A stretch of DNA of 64,000 nucleotides from Acidobacteriota bacterium (GTDB lineage: Bacteria > Acidobacteriota > Thermoanaerobaculia > Gp7-AA8), in assembly GCA_003223645.1 (NCBI GenBank), contig QHVT01000007.1, positions 106,531-170,530 of the forward strand. The letters are read 5' to 3'. The translations under genes were made by a program, and so were the position numbers. This document shows, in pieces, positions 1 through 8,893 of this stretch. The notes below the pieces were generated by a model. It made no database searches and was not told the DNA's origin. It worked only from the letters and a program-made list of their open reading frames with translations. The first letter of the stretch is position 1. Each line of letters opens with the position of its first letter.

Positions 1-1508
1 CGCTGCTGCCGTCCGCGGACCGCGATGATCTGCGCATCGGGCGACGGACCTTCGGCGCCGGAATTCCAGGAGCGGTTGTCGTCCGCGCCGTCGTGGTTGT
101 TCTCGCCGTTGGCTTCGTTGTGTTTCTCGTTGTACGACACGAGATCGCGCAGCGTGAAGCCGTCGTGCGACGTGATGAAGTTGATGCTCGCGTACGGCTT
201 GCGTCCGTTGTCGGCGTAGAGATCGGAGCTGCCGGTGAGCCGCGTCGCGAGGTCATCGATCATCTGATCGGAGCCGCGCCAATAGTCGCGGATCGCGTCG
301 CGATACTTGCCGTTCCACTCCGACCAGAGCGAAGGAAAGTTTCCGACCTGATATCCCCCTTCGCCGACGTCCCACGGTTCGGCGATCAGCTTCACCTGCG
401 AGATGACCGGGTCCTGCTGGATGACGTCGAAGAATGCGGAGAGGCGGTCGACGTCGTGCAGCTCGCGCGCGAGCGTGGCCGCGAGATCGAAGCGGAACCC
501 GTCGACGTGCATCTCCAGCAGCCAGTAGCGCAGCGAGTCCATGATCAGCTGCAGCACGTGCGGGTGACGCATGTTCAGGCTGTTGCCGGTGCCGGTGTAG
601 TCCATGTAGTACCGCCCCTCGTGCGTGCGGTAGTACGCGGAGTTGTCGATGCCTTTCATCGACAGCATCGGACCGAGGTGATTGCCTTCGGCGGTGTGGT
701 TGTACACGACGTCGAGGATCACCTCGATGCCGGCGTCGTGCAGCGCCTTCACCATCTGCTTGAATTCCGTCACCTGCTGCCCGGCCTGACCGCTGGCGGC
801 GTATTCGTTGTGGGGCGCGAGGAACGAGACCGAGTCGTAGCCCCAATAGTTGCGCAGTCCCTTGTCGAGCAAATGCTTCGCGTGGATGAACTGATGCACC
901 GGCATCAGCTCGACCGCGGTGACGCCGAGCTGCTGCAAGTACTTGATCGCCGCCGGATGCGCGAGTCCCGCGTAGGTGCCGCGCAGATTTTCGGGGATGC
1001 CGGGATGCAGCTTCGTGAATCCCTTCACGTGCACTTCGTAGATGATCGTGCGGTGCCACGGCGTGCGCGGACGCCGGTCCCATTGCCAGTCGAAGTACGG
1101 ACTGATGACGACCGACTTCGGCATGAACGGCCCGCTGTCGGCGTCGTTCGACTGGTCGGGATCATCGAAGCGGTGTCCGAACACCGCGTCGTCCCATTGC
1201 ACCTGGCCTTCGACTGATTTTCCGTAGGGATCGAGCAGCAGCTTCGCCGGATTGCATCGATGTCCGTTCGCCGGATCCCACGGTCCGTACACGCGAAAGC
1301 CGTAGCGCTGTCCCGGTCCGATGTTCGGAAGGTAGCCGTGAAAAATGAGTGCGGTGGTCTCCGGCAATTCGACGCGCGTCTCCGCGCCATTCGCGTCGTA
1401 GAGACAAAGCTCGACGCGATCCGCGACTTCGGAGAAGACGGAGAAATTCGTCCCGACGCCGTCGAACGTCGCGCCGAGCGGGTACGGCTTCCCTGGCCAG
1501 ATTTTCAT
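1..1508 (-). CDS. glgX: glycogen debranching enzyme GlgX (GH13 isoamylase type), N-terminal ~500 aa; 3' end runs off left edge
   Basis: Minus-strand translation from ATG (complement of 1506-1508) reads [27 protein letters not shown]... followed by GH13 motifs ([41 protein letters not shown]). Absent from ORF track because edge-truncated. Confidence 0.85.
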   Translation of the reverse strand, partial: MKIWPGKPYPLGATFDGVGTNFSVFSEVADRVELCLYDANGAETRVELPETTALIFHGYLPNIGPGQRYGFRVYGPWDPANGHRCNPAKLLLDPYGKSVEGQVQWDDAVFGHRFDDPDQSNDADSGPFMPKSVVISPYFDWQWDRRPRTPWHRTIIYEVHVKGFTKLHPGIPENLRGTYAGLAHPAAIKYLQQLGVTAVELMPVHQFIHAKHLLDKGLRNYWGYDSVSFLAPHNEYAASGQAGQQVTEFKQMVKALHDAGIEVILDVVYNHTAEGNHLGPMLSMKGIDNSAYYRTHEGRYYMDYTGTGNSLNMRHPHVLQLIMDSLRYWLLEMHVDGFRFDLAATLARELHDVDRLSAFFDVIQQDPVISQVKLIAEPWDVGEGGYQVGNFPSLWSEWNGKYRDAIRDYWRGSDQMIDDLATRLTGSSDLYADNGRKPYASINFITSHDGFTLRDLVSYNEKHNEANGENNHDGADDNRSWNSGAEGPSPDAQIIAVRGRQQ

Positions 1509-1569
1509 GTGGCGAAAAGCGACCGCAAGAGTTTTGCCATGGCATTCGTTTCGCTCATGGATCGAAGCG

Positions 1570-2460
1570 ATGCGCCGCGCGCCGAGAGACTACAAATGCA
1601 GTTACGTCGTCGTCCTGAACCGGACCGACGACCTTCGCGAACTGGCGCGCTACCTCTCGACAGTCGGCCTCGACTGTGAAGTGGTGATCCTCGATCCGTC
1701 GCCGCGGTTTCTCTTCGCGACGAACGCGCGCACGCTGCGCTGGGTCGGGCGGCACTTGCACATGCCGGGCGGTCCGTCCGATCTCACGCGCGCGGCGACG
1801 GCGGTCGCATCGTGCGAGAAGGTGATCGTCGCGGCGGACGACATTCGCTACACGCCGGATGCGATCACGCGGATGTGCGCGCTGCTCGAGCTGCACGACG
1901 TCGTCGAGCCGCAGGATTATCTCGATCCGCTTCCGTGGTGGAGCGGACTCGACGCCGGACGGATTCTCATTCACCGCGGCATCGAGCCGCAGCCCGATCA
2001 CGGCGAGACGTTCGCGTTCCGCCGCAACCCGCGCCACGCGCGGAGCGACACCTATCCCGCGGCCGATCTCTTCGTGCGCCGCGCGCCGCGCACATTTTCC
2101 GAGTGGCTCGCGCTGCGGCCGAAGCTCGCCGGCGACGACTTCGCGCTGCCGGTCAAGACCGCGTTCTTCATGTCGCTGATCCCGCTCCTGATCCTGTTCG
2201 CGGTCTCGGGAGGTTTGCAACTCGCGACCGGCTACGCCGGCACGATCGCATTCACGTCGATCGCGCTGGCCGTCCGCGGCCGCCTCGGCGCCGCGCCGTT
2301 TTTCCCGCTGCGCACATGCCTCTTCGCGCCGCTGTGGGTCCTCGAGCGCAGCGTCAGTGTGTATTGGGCGCTCTTCCGCAAATTGAGCGGAGGCGAAGGC
2401 GAGCCGCCGCACACGGCGGCGCCGGACCGCGCCGGGCAGAGGGTGGCGAGTGGGGAGTAG
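1570..2460 (+). CDS. GT2-like glycosyltransferase with C-terminal transmembrane segments (start uncertain: track ORF begins 1507)
   Basis: [22 protein letters not shown]...[10 protein letters not shown] (GT2-like N-terminal beta-strand/acidic patch), [15 protein letters not shown] (DxD-like), hydrophobic C-terminus; divergent from glgX. Confidence 0.5.
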   Translation: MRRAPRDYKCSYVVVLNRTDDLRELARYLSTVGLDCEVVILDPSPRFLFATNARTLRWVGRHLHMPGGPSDLTRAATAVASCEKVIVAADDIRYTPDAITRMCALLELHDVVEPQDYLDPLPWWSGLDAGRILIHRGIEPQPDHGETFAFRRNPRHARSDTYPAADLFVRRAPRTFSEWLALRPKLAGDDFALPVKTAFFMSLIPLLILFAVSGGLQLATGYAGTIAFTSIALAVRGRLGAAPFFPLRTCLFAPLWVLERSVSVYWALFRKLSGGEGEPPHTAAPDRAGQRVASGE

Positions 2461-2484
2461 TCGACTTCAATCCGCGCAGGCGCG

Positions 2485-2796
2485 CTATAACGGAGGCCCG
2501 CTGCCGCGCCGTGCATGCCAGAAGGCAACGACTTCGACAATGCGGGATTCGCTATTCGGTCTGTAGTAGAGGAAGTAGTTGACTCGATTGAGAAGAATCC
2601 GCCGCACTCCCGCTAGCGCAACGTTCCGGGCAATCGCGCCGATGCTGGGTGTTGTTGCGATCAAATCCAGCGTAGTGCGAAGCTCCTCCTCGAGCGCATC
2701 CGGTGCCTTTGTACGGTTCGTGCGCCACCAACGCTTCGCCTGATCCACTTGACGCGATGCTCGCGGCGTAAAGGCAACCGCGAATCGCTCGTTCAA
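2485..2796 (-). CDS. type II toxin, ParE/RelE family
   Basis: 103 aa; ...RILLNRVNYFLYYRPNSESRIVEVVAFWHARRG typical ParE C-terminus; 4-nt overlap with upstream small gene. Confidence 0.8.
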   Translation of the reverse strand: MNERFAVAFTPRASRQVDQAKRWWRTNRTKAPDALEEELRTTLDLIATTPSIGAIARNVALAGVRRILLNRVNYFLYYRPNSESRIVEVVAFWHARRGSGPPL

Positions 2797-3023
2797 TCCG
2801 GATCTCGAAACGAGCGCAGAACTTCGTCAGCCGGAATCAGTTCGCCTCGATCTGCCTCAGCCAAAGAGAGCAACAGTTCGGCTTCGGTAGCCGCATCGAG
2901 CTCGAAGCTTTCGTCGGGATCGCGGGCGAGCACGGTCACGACCGAGCCGTCGACGAGAGGCTCACCTTCGATCTCGATGTGCCCGGATACAACCTTTCCA
3001 GATGTCACTCGCATGAATCTCAT
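2793..3023 (-). CDS. putative antitoxin (ParD/RelB-like) partner of ParE toxin
   Basis: 76-aa acidic protein immediately upstream and overlapping toxin gene (ATGA-type overlap); ELLLSLAEADRGELIPADEVL C-terminal region. Confidence 0.55.
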   Translation of the reverse strand: MRFMRVTSGKVVSGHIEIEGEPLVDGSVVTVLARDPDESFELDAATEAELLLSLAEADRGELIPADEVLRSFRDPD

Positions 3024-3041
3024 TTTACGCCGCGCCGGCGA

Positions 3042-5033
3042 TCAAGTGACGTCGACTTCGATCCGCGCGGGCGTCGATCCCGTTTGCGCGAACCACGTCA
3101 CTTTGTTAGCGACGCAGTCGAGCTCGATGATGTAGCGGCCGGGATCGAGCGGCGCGAGGTCGAACGAGATGGTCGTCTCTTCCTGCGGCGCGAGCGCGCG
3201 ATCGAGCGGCTGCCACGCGTAGTCGAAGCGGATCAGCCGTCCGTTTTCGGCGTACAGGTGCGCGCCGAGGACGACGCCGCCGTAGAGAACGTCGGAGGGG
3301 AGCCACTTTGCACGGCCGATATTGCGCACGGTCGCGCGCACCGTCATGCCGGTGATCGATGCGTCGATCGATGCGCGCAGGCCCGCGGGATGACGACTGT
3401 CGATTTCTTCCGCGCCCGCCTTTGTCAGAAAGAAGTCGCGGACGTTGTGGAGAAACGCGCGGGTCGACTCGGCCCAGCGCGCGTACGTTGCGCCGGCGGC
3501 GAGGAGGTCGTCGAACTCGGCGAGCGAGACGTGGAAGGGCGGGACGTTGTAGGCGGCAATTTTCAGATCGGCGAAGCCGAGGCGCTGCGCGGCGTCCCAG
3601 ATCGCGTGAATGTCGACGTCGTTCTCGACGACGCCATACGTGCGCATCTCGTACTGCGACTGCGCGGTCGTCGAATGCAGCGGCCCCGGCTCTGCGAATG
3701 CGGCGATGCCGCCGGGCTTCAGCACGCGTCCGAACTCGCGCAGCACTTCTTCCGGATTCGGCGCGTGATGAAACGCGTCGAAGCAGACGATGCGATCGAC
3801 GCTCGCGTCGGGAAGGTCAATGTGTTGTCCATCGAAGACGAGGAAGCGCGGCTCGGGACGCGTGCCGATCGGCGGCTGCCGCGCGAACAATTCACGCGCG
3901 ATGTTCAGCGCGGTGGGGGAGACGTCGAGCAGGATCGTGTTGCATCCGAGCTGCGCGAGGAAGCGCGAGAGCCATCCCGTGCCCGCGCCGTATTCGAGCA
4001 CGGTCATTCCGGGAGTGAGGTTCAGTCCCTGGATCGTGACGCCGAGGTTGATCAGCAACTGCGGCGCATCCTCGGCGCGCGAGAACGGCTTGGCGAGGTG
4101 ATCTTCCCAGTCGCTGAGCGAAGCGAAATACGCCTCGGCGGTCCGGTTGAGTTCTTCGATCGACGTGGTGGCGATCATCTGTTTTACGTCGATTACTTGT
4201 GGAGCGGCGGCCGCCCCCGGCCGCCGAAACGGAACGGCGTCGATCGCTGGGACGTTTGTTTTTTCGGCGGCCGAGGGCGGCCGCCGCTCCACAGACTCGA
4301 GCTGCGCCCGACGTTGCGCGTAAACGATCACCGAATCCAGATCCCCATGCTTCGAGAAAACCACGTGCGGCGAGTCGAATCCCGCGTCCTGCAGAATCGC
4401 GAATACCTCGTTGATGTCGTAGGTGTTGCTCTCAATGAACGGCTCCGCCGCCGGTTTTCGTCGCAACACGTTGATCGCGGCGTTCACGCCCGGCACGCGT
4501 GCGCGCGCCTTGCGTGAGACGGAAACGAGCGGCGAGAGCTCCGCGCGATACGGAAACTGGAACACGCCGGTGCCGCCTTCGCGCACGCGCTTCGTCAGCG
4601 TGCGCAGCAGGTCGACGCCTTCGCCTCGCGGCAGTCGCTGCAGGACAAGAAAGCAGTTGACGAGATCGAACGTCCGCTCATGGAGCTCGCGTTGCAGCTC
4701 GACGTTCGTCACGCCCGCTTTCGCGATGTGCGTGCGCGCGGTGTCGAGCATCGACTGCGAGATGTCGACGCCGGTGACGTTCGCCGCGCGGCGTGCAAAC
4801 GGAATGAGCAATCGTCCGACGCCGCATCCGTACTCCAGCACCGTCTCCGGAGCGAAGTGCGGCGCGACGCGCGCACGCACGATGCCGTACAGCTCCGACA
4901 CGTACGCTTCTCCGCTGTCGAAGAACTCCGCCTCGGCCGCGGCATCGAAATGTTCGCGCAGGTAGCGCGCGTGTGTGAGGACCGCGAAGTACGGCTCGCG
5001 CGCGGCGAACGCGTCCCACGCGGCGATGTTCAT
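3042..5033 (-). CDS. fused tandem class I SAM-dependent methyltransferase (two MTase domains plus ~170-aa C-terminal domain); linker encoded by a palindromic repeat element
   Basis: Two glycine-rich SAM motifs (VLEYGCGVGRLL and VLEYGAGTGWLSRFL; DRIVCFDAFHH...LKPGGIAAFAEP); continuous 663-aa ORF; residues ~246-280 (ERRPPSAAEKTNVPAIDAVPFRRPGAAAAPQ) are encoded by repeat at 4198-4293. Confidence 0.7.
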   Translation of the reverse strand: MNIAAWDAFAAREPYFAVLTHARYLREHFDAAAEAEFFDSGEAYVSELYGIVRARVAPHFAPETVLEYGCGVGRLLIPFARRAANVTGVDISQSMLDTARTHIAKAGVTNVELQRELHERTFDLVNCFLVLQRLPRGEGVDLLRTLTKRVREGGTGVFQFPYRAELSPLVSVSRKARARVPGVNAAINVLRRKPAAEPFIESNTYDINEVFAILQDAGFDSPHVVFSKHGDLDSVIVYAQRRAQLESVERRPPSAAEKTNVPAIDAVPFRRPGAAAAPQVIDVKQMIATTSIEELNRTAEAYFASLSDWEDHLAKPFSRAEDAPQLLINLGVTIQGLNLTPGMTVLEYGAGTGWLSRFLAQLGCNTILLDVSPTALNIARELFARQPPIGTRPEPRFLVFDGQHIDLPDASVDRIVCFDAFHHAPNPEEVLREFGRVLKPGGIAAFAEPGPLHSTTAQSQYEMRTYGVVENDVDIHAIWDAAQRLGFADLKIAAYNVPPFHVSLAEFDDLLAAGATYARWAESTRAFLHNVRDFFLTKAGAEEIDSRHPAGLRASIDASITGMTVRATVRNIGRAKWLPSDVLYGGVVLGAHLYAENGRLIRFDYAWQPLDRALAPQEETTISFDLAPLDPGRYIIELDCVANKVTWFAQTGSTPARIEVDVT
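4198..4293. repeat. palindromic element family B, copy 1 (inside dual-MTase CDS); copy 2 at 16172-16244
   Basis: tgtggagcggcggccgcc-cccggccgccga ... cggcggccgagggcggccgccgctccaca with ~30-bp arms; second copy has a shorter centre. Confidence 0.8.
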
Positions 5034-5377
5034 GCCTTCGCTGCGAACGCCGTCATCGCCTCGTCTTCACTCTCGTAGACCTGAAACATCGGAAGGAGAT
5101 TGGTGAGGCGGAGGGTCTTGGTCACGCGGTCCTGCGGCTTGAGCAGGCGCAGCGAAGCGCCGCGGCGTTGCGAGTCGCGGAACGCCTGCACCAGCTCGCC
5201 GAGGCCGTTGCTGTCGATGTAATCCATCTCGGAGAGATTGAGGAGAATCTTCTTCCCGCCGGAGTCGAGAATCTCGGCGATGATCTGCGGCAGCACCGAG
5301 TCGCCCACCCCGATCGCGAGCCTCCCGCGAAAGTCGACGATCGTCACATCCTTTGATTTGCGTACGGCAATGTCCAT
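5030..5377 (-). CDS. STAS-domain anti-sigma-factor antagonist (SpoIIAA/RsbV-like)
   Basis: 115 aa; IVDFRGRL...LNLSEMDYIDSNGLGELV STAS signature with conserved Ser; stop overlaps start of downstream dual MTase. Confidence 0.8.
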   Translation of the reverse strand: MDIAVRKSKDVTIVDFRGRLAIGVGDSVLPQIIAEILDSGGKKILLNLSEMDYIDSNGLGELVQAFRDSQRRGASLRLLKPQDRVTKTLRLTNLLPMFQVYESEDEAMTAFAAKA

Positions 5378-5396
5378 GGGGCGGGATCATATGCGC

Positions 5397-5507
5397 AGAG
5401 GCTCACAGGCTCAAAGGCGCATGGGCTCAAAGGCGCAGAGGCTCAAAGGCTCATGGGCGCATAGCGGTTTCTCTCTGAGCCTATGCGCCTGTGAGCCTAT
5501 GCGCCTG
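5397..5507. repeat. octamer tandem array (GGCKCANN x8) followed by inverted octamers (TGAGCCTA/TGCGCCTG x2 each) in divergent promoter region of STAS gene and response-regulator operon
   Basis: ggctcaca ggctcaaa ggcgcatg ggctcaaa ggcgcaga ggctcaaa ggctcatg ggcgcata ... tgagccta tgcgcctg tgagccta tgcgcctg. Confidence 0.8.
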
Positions 5508-5547
5508 TCTTCACAACTTCTTCACGAATCTGACTACCATCGATCAG

Positions 5548-6206
5548 TGCGCAGGAAAGTTCTCCTCGTCGAAGACGACCCGAAGATTCGCGGGACGGTC
5601 GAGTTGTACCTGCAGCGCGAGGGCTACGACGTGGCGATTGCGGATGACGGCGTGCGCGCGCTGGAAGTCGCGCGTGATGTGAAGCCGCATCTCGTCTTGC
5701 TCGATCTGATGTTGCCGCGGATGGATGGACTCGAAGTCTGTCGCGCGCTGCGCGCGAACGGCGACGCGGCGATCATCATGGTGACGGCGCGGTCGACCGA
5801 GGACGACAAGCTGACGGGACTCGACCTCGGCGCGGACGACTATGTGACCAAACCGTTCAGTCCCCGCGAGCTGATGGCGCGCATTCGCGCGGTGCTGCGG
5901 CGCGTTGCGGACGATGACGTGATCGAAGTGAGCGGGATGGTGATCGATCGAGCGCAACGCGAGATCCTCGTGGGCGGCGAAGCGATCGGCGTGACGCCGA
6001 CGGAGTATCGCCTGCTGGAGACGCTCGCGCGCGCGGCGGGGCGGACGTTCACGCGGCAGGAGCTGGTCGAGCGCGCGCTCGGCGAGGACTACGACGGGCT
6101 CGATCGCACGGTCGACGTCCACATCATGAATCTGCGCCGCAAGCTGGGCGATGCCGGCAAGGCGATCGTCACCGTCTTCGGCGTCGGCTACCGGTTCGCG
6201 AAATGA
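5548..6206 (+). CDS. OmpR-family response regulator (REC + winged-helix); start uncertain (GTG ~5548, or ATG 5494 inside repeat array)
   Basis: KVLLVEDDPKIRG...LDLMLPRMDGLEV...DDYVTKPFSPREL...TVFGVGYRF; ATGA overlap with downstream kinase. Confidence 0.85.
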
Positions 6207-7474
6207 TCCTGCGCTCGCTTCGCTGGCGTCTCGCGATCGCGATGGCGCTGATCATCGCCGCGGTCTTCGCGGCGGCGGGCGTGTTCTCGAGCCTCACCGT
6301 CAGGCGCGAGTTCGATCAGTTTCTCGTCACGCAGCGAAAGAGCGACATGCGACCCGCCGCGCGCGTCGTCTTCAACGCGCGCGGCGAGATCGTCGAGCGC
6401 TTTCCGCCGGAGTTATCGCAGTTCGACATCCACCGCGACGCGGACGGCACGCTGCATCTCACGCGTCGCAACGGCGGAGGCGCCGAGTCGCTCGTGGTGA
6501 AGACGAGGCCGCTGCGGATCGGAGATGCGAGCGTGTACTTTCTCCCGCGGCCCCAGACGCACGACGCCGTTTTCAAGACGAGCGTGAATCGATCGCTCAT
6601 CGCCGGAGTCGCGATCGCCGCGCTGCTCGCGATCGCGGTGATGATGACGCTGTTTCGCCGCGTGTTCGCGCCCGTCGAAGAGCTGACGCGGGGCGCGCGT
6701 GCGCTCGCCGATGGAAAGCTCGATGCGCGCGTCGACGTGCGGGGACGCGACGAAGTCGCGGAGCTGGCGACGGCGTTCAACGGCATGGCCGAGGCGCTGG
6801 AGCGGAACGAGAAGGCGCGGAGAAACATGGTGAGCGACGTCGCGCATGAATTGCGCACGCCGCTCACGAACATCCGCGCGCAGATCGAGGCCGTGCAGGA
6901 CGGCGTGATGGTCGCGGATGAGAAGTGGCTCGCGTCGATCGAGGAAGACGCGGCGCTGCTCGCGCGGCTCGTCGACGACCTGCAGCAGCTCTCGCTCGCC
7001 GAGGCGGGGCAGTTGCGATTGGAGATCGAAGAGATCGAGATCGCGGAGCTCGTGGAGCGTGCGGTGAGCGGACTCGATGCGCGTGTAGAGGAGAGCGGGC
7101 GTCCCGCCCGCCCCCGGGAGGCGGGCAAGATGCCCGCGCTCCTCCACGATGTCCCGCAAGGTTTGATCGTGCGCGTCGACGCGCAGCGGATGGTGCAGGT
7201 GCTGCGCAATCTGCTCGTGAACGCGATCGCGCATGCGAAGTCGACGGTCGAGATTCGCGCGACGGCGAACGAGATTCGCGTCATCGACGACGGTCCCGGC
7301 GTGCCGCCCGAGCACGCGGAAAAAATCTTCGATCGCTTCTATCGCGCCGATGCCTCGCGCTCGCGCGCAACCGGCGGCACAGGCCTCGGCCTCGCGATCG
7401 CAAAAGAGCTCGTCGAACTGCACGGCGGAAAGATTTGGTATGAAAGGCCGACGTTCGTGATCCGCTTGCCATAG
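6203..7474 (+). CDS. sensor histidine kinase (TM-HAMP-HisKA-HATPase_c) carrying an in-frame palindromic-repeat insertion
   Basis: AHELRTPLTNI H-box, NLLVNAIAHA N-box, DDGPGVPPE, GGTGLGLAIAKELVELHGG; residues ESGRPARPREAGKMPALL encoded by repeat 7089-7145. Confidence 0.85.
   Translation: MILRSLRWRLAIAMALIIAAVFAAAGVFSSLTVRREFDQFLVTQRKSDMRPAARVVFNARGEIVERFPPELSQFDIHRDADGTLHLTRRNGGGAESLVVKTRPLRIGDASVYFLPRPQTHDAVFKTSVNRSLIAGVAIAALLAIAVMMTLFRRVFAPVEELTRGARALADGKLDARVDVRGRDEVAELATAFNGMAEALERNEKARRNMVSDVAHELRTPLTNIRAQIEAVQDGVMVADEKWLASIEEDAALLARLVDDLQQLSLAEAGQLRLEIEEIEIAELVERAVSGLDARVEESGRPARPREAGKMPALLHDVPQGLIVRVDAQRMVQVLRNLLVNAIAHAKSTVEIRATANEIRVIDDGPGVPPEHAEKIFDRFYRADASRSRATGGTGLGLAIAKELVELHGGKIWYERPTFVIRLP
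7089..7145. repeat. REP/MITE-like palindromic element family A, copy 1 (inside histidine kinase CDS)
   Basis: aggagagcgggcgtcccgcccgcc-cccgggag-gcgggcaagatgcccgcgctcctc; further copies 45045-45095 (partial), 54908-54950 (partial), 59578-59635 (full). Confidence 0.8.
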
Positions 7475-7498
7475 GGTCTCGTGCGCATTCGCGATACG

Positions 7499-7582
7499 TT
7501 TGTGGGTGCCGCTGCCCTCAGCGGCACCGCGACCGCTGAGGGCAGCGGTCGCCACAGCTGAGGGCAGCGGTCGCCACAAAGG
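7499..7582. repeat. palindromic element family D, copy 1; copy 2 at 12664-12764
   Basis: tttgtgggtgccgctgccctcagcggcaccgcgaccgctgagggcagcggtcgccaca(gctgagggcagcggtcgccaca)aa; both copies in 3' intergenic gaps. Confidence 0.8.
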
Positions 7583-7588
7583 TTACGC

Positions 7589-8293
7589 ATGAATCTCATT
7601 CTTCTTTTCGAGGACGACTTTGTCTCCGACGACGAAGTGCGGCTCAGCGGCCGCCGGCTCGAGCACGTGATGAATGTGCATCGCGCAAACGCCGGCGACG
7701 AATTAAAGGTCGGCGTGTGCGGCGGCCGCATTGGAAGCGGTATAGTCACGCGACTCGATGACGCGCTCGAAATGCGCGTCACGCTCGACCGCGATCCACC
7801 GCCGCCCATCCCGCTGACGCTCATCCTCGCGCTGCCGCGTCCGAAAGTGCTCAACCGCGTGATCGCATCCGCGACGTCGCTCGGCGTGAAGCGCATCCAT
7901 CTCGTCAACGCCTGGCGCGTCGAGAAGAGTTACTGGAAGTCGCCGAAGCTCTCGCACGAGAACCTCCTCTTGCAACGAACGCTGGGGCTCGAACAGGCGA
8001 AAGACACGATCCTGCCGGACATTTCGTTGCACCGCCTCTTCCGTCCGTTCGTCGAAAACGAACTGCCATCGATCGCGAACGGCTCGCTCGCGCTCGTCGC
8101 GCATCCGCACGCGCAGGCCGAATGTCCGCGCGCCGTCGAAGGCGCGGTCATGCTCGCGATCGGCCCCGAGGGAGGATTCATCGCGGAAGAAATCGCGTCG
8201 CTCGAGAGAATCGGATTTCAGGCGGTCAGCATCGGCGCGCGCGTGTTGCGCGTGGAGACGGCGGTGGCGGCGTTGATCGGGAGGCTGTATTGA
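7589..8293 (+). CDS. rsmE: 16S rRNA (uracil1498-N3)-methyltransferase RsmE
   Basis: 234 aa; LALPRPKVLNRVIASATSLGV, C-terminal AIGPEGGFIAEE motif characteristic of RsmE/SPOUT. Confidence 0.75.
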   Translation: MNLILLFEDDFVSDDEVRLSGRRLEHVMNVHRANAGDELKVGVCGGRIGSGIVTRLDDALEMRVTLDRDPPPPIPLTLILALPRPKVLNRVIASATSLGVKRIHLVNAWRVEKSYWKSPKLSHENLLLQRTLGLEQAKDTILPDISLHRLFRPFVENELPSIANGSLALVAHPHAQAECPRAVEGAVMLAIGPEGGFIAEEIASLERIGFQAVSIGARVLRVETAVAALIGRLY

Positions 8294-8302
8294 CGCGCTT
8301 TT

Positions 8303-8364
8303 GGTGTGGGGCAGGCTTTCCAGCCTGCCTCCCGGGGCACAGGCTGGAAAGCCTGTGCCACACC
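8303..8364. repeat. palindromic element family C, copy 1; copy 2 at 33206-33265 flanked by 20-bp direct repeats
   Basis: ggtgtggggcaggctttccagcctgcc-tcccgggg-cacaggctggaaagcctgtgccacacc; shares CCCGGGRG centre with family A. Confidence 0.8.
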
Positions 8365-8377
8365 AGCGCGGCCTATA

Positions 8378-8893
8378 ATGCGCGCGCCCATGCAACGGCC
8401 CCAGGTCCTCTTCCTCGTCAAATTCTTCGTCATCCTCATCGCCGCGTATCTGCTGATCGCGTGGAATCCCGTGAACGACAACGTCATCGTTCCGTTCACC
8501 GCGTGGATCGCGCGGACGTCGGGATGGCTGCTGAACCTGATGGGGCAGGGCGTCACGATGAACGGCACAATCATCGCGTCATCGAAATTCGCGGTGAATA
8601 TCAACAACGGCTGCAACGGCGTGGAGGCGATGCTGATCCTGCTCGCGTCGATCGGCGCATTTCCCGCTCCGATCAAGTCGCGCGGGATCGGTCTCCTTCT
8701 CGGCGCGCTCGCGATTCAGGTGCTGAACGCGGTCCGCATCATCACGCTCTTTCTCATCGGCGCGCATTACCCGAAGTACTTCGACTCTTTTCACACCGCG
8801 GTCTGGCAGGTCATCATCATCCTCGCCGCGATCGTTTTCTTTTTGATCTGGAGCAGCCGCGTTGCCCGCACTCGATTGGCGACTAGTAGTTAA
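8378..8893 (+). CDS. exosortase/archaeosortase-family-like polytopic membrane protein (putative)
   Basis: Multi-TM; NINNGCNGVEAM (Cys motif resembling exosortase active-site ACSG) and LNAVRIITLFL (N..R motif); track ORF starts 8306 inside a REP element, first ATG at 8378. Confidence 0.4.
   Translation: MRAPMQRPQVLFLVKFFVILIAAYLLIAWNPVNDNVIVPFTAWIARTSGWLLNLMGQGVTMNGTIIASSKFAVNINNGCNGVEAMLILLASIGAFPAPIKSRGIGLLLGALAIQVLNAVRIITLFLIGAHYPKYFDSFHTAVWQVIIILAAIVFFLIWSSRVARTRLATSS

Noticed and set aside
93-1217. Long plus-strand ORF (374 aa) and several other 250-830-aa ORFs antisense to clear genes (e.g. 9018..10295-, 13338..14450-, 13835..16078+, 15666..18161-, 16361..18475+, 20033..21442+, 21358..23076-, 29255..31351-, 45247..46677-, 46499..47761-, 48880..50544-, 51824..53272-, 61790..63757+, 62052..63734-)
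   Set aside because: - They are Arg/Ala/Asp-rich low-complexity translations with no motifs.
- Each lies opposite a gene with strong family signatures.
- These are typical high-G+C shadow ORFs.
6413-7579. ORFs beginning MWRPLPSAVA... (6413..7579-, 12118..12762-), MERRPPSAA... (14753..16243-) or containing ...ESGRPARP... N-terminal extensions (58276..59670-, 54949..56064-)
   Set aside because: - The shared peptides are translations of dispersed palindromic repeat elements.
- Real starts were placed downstream of the repeats.
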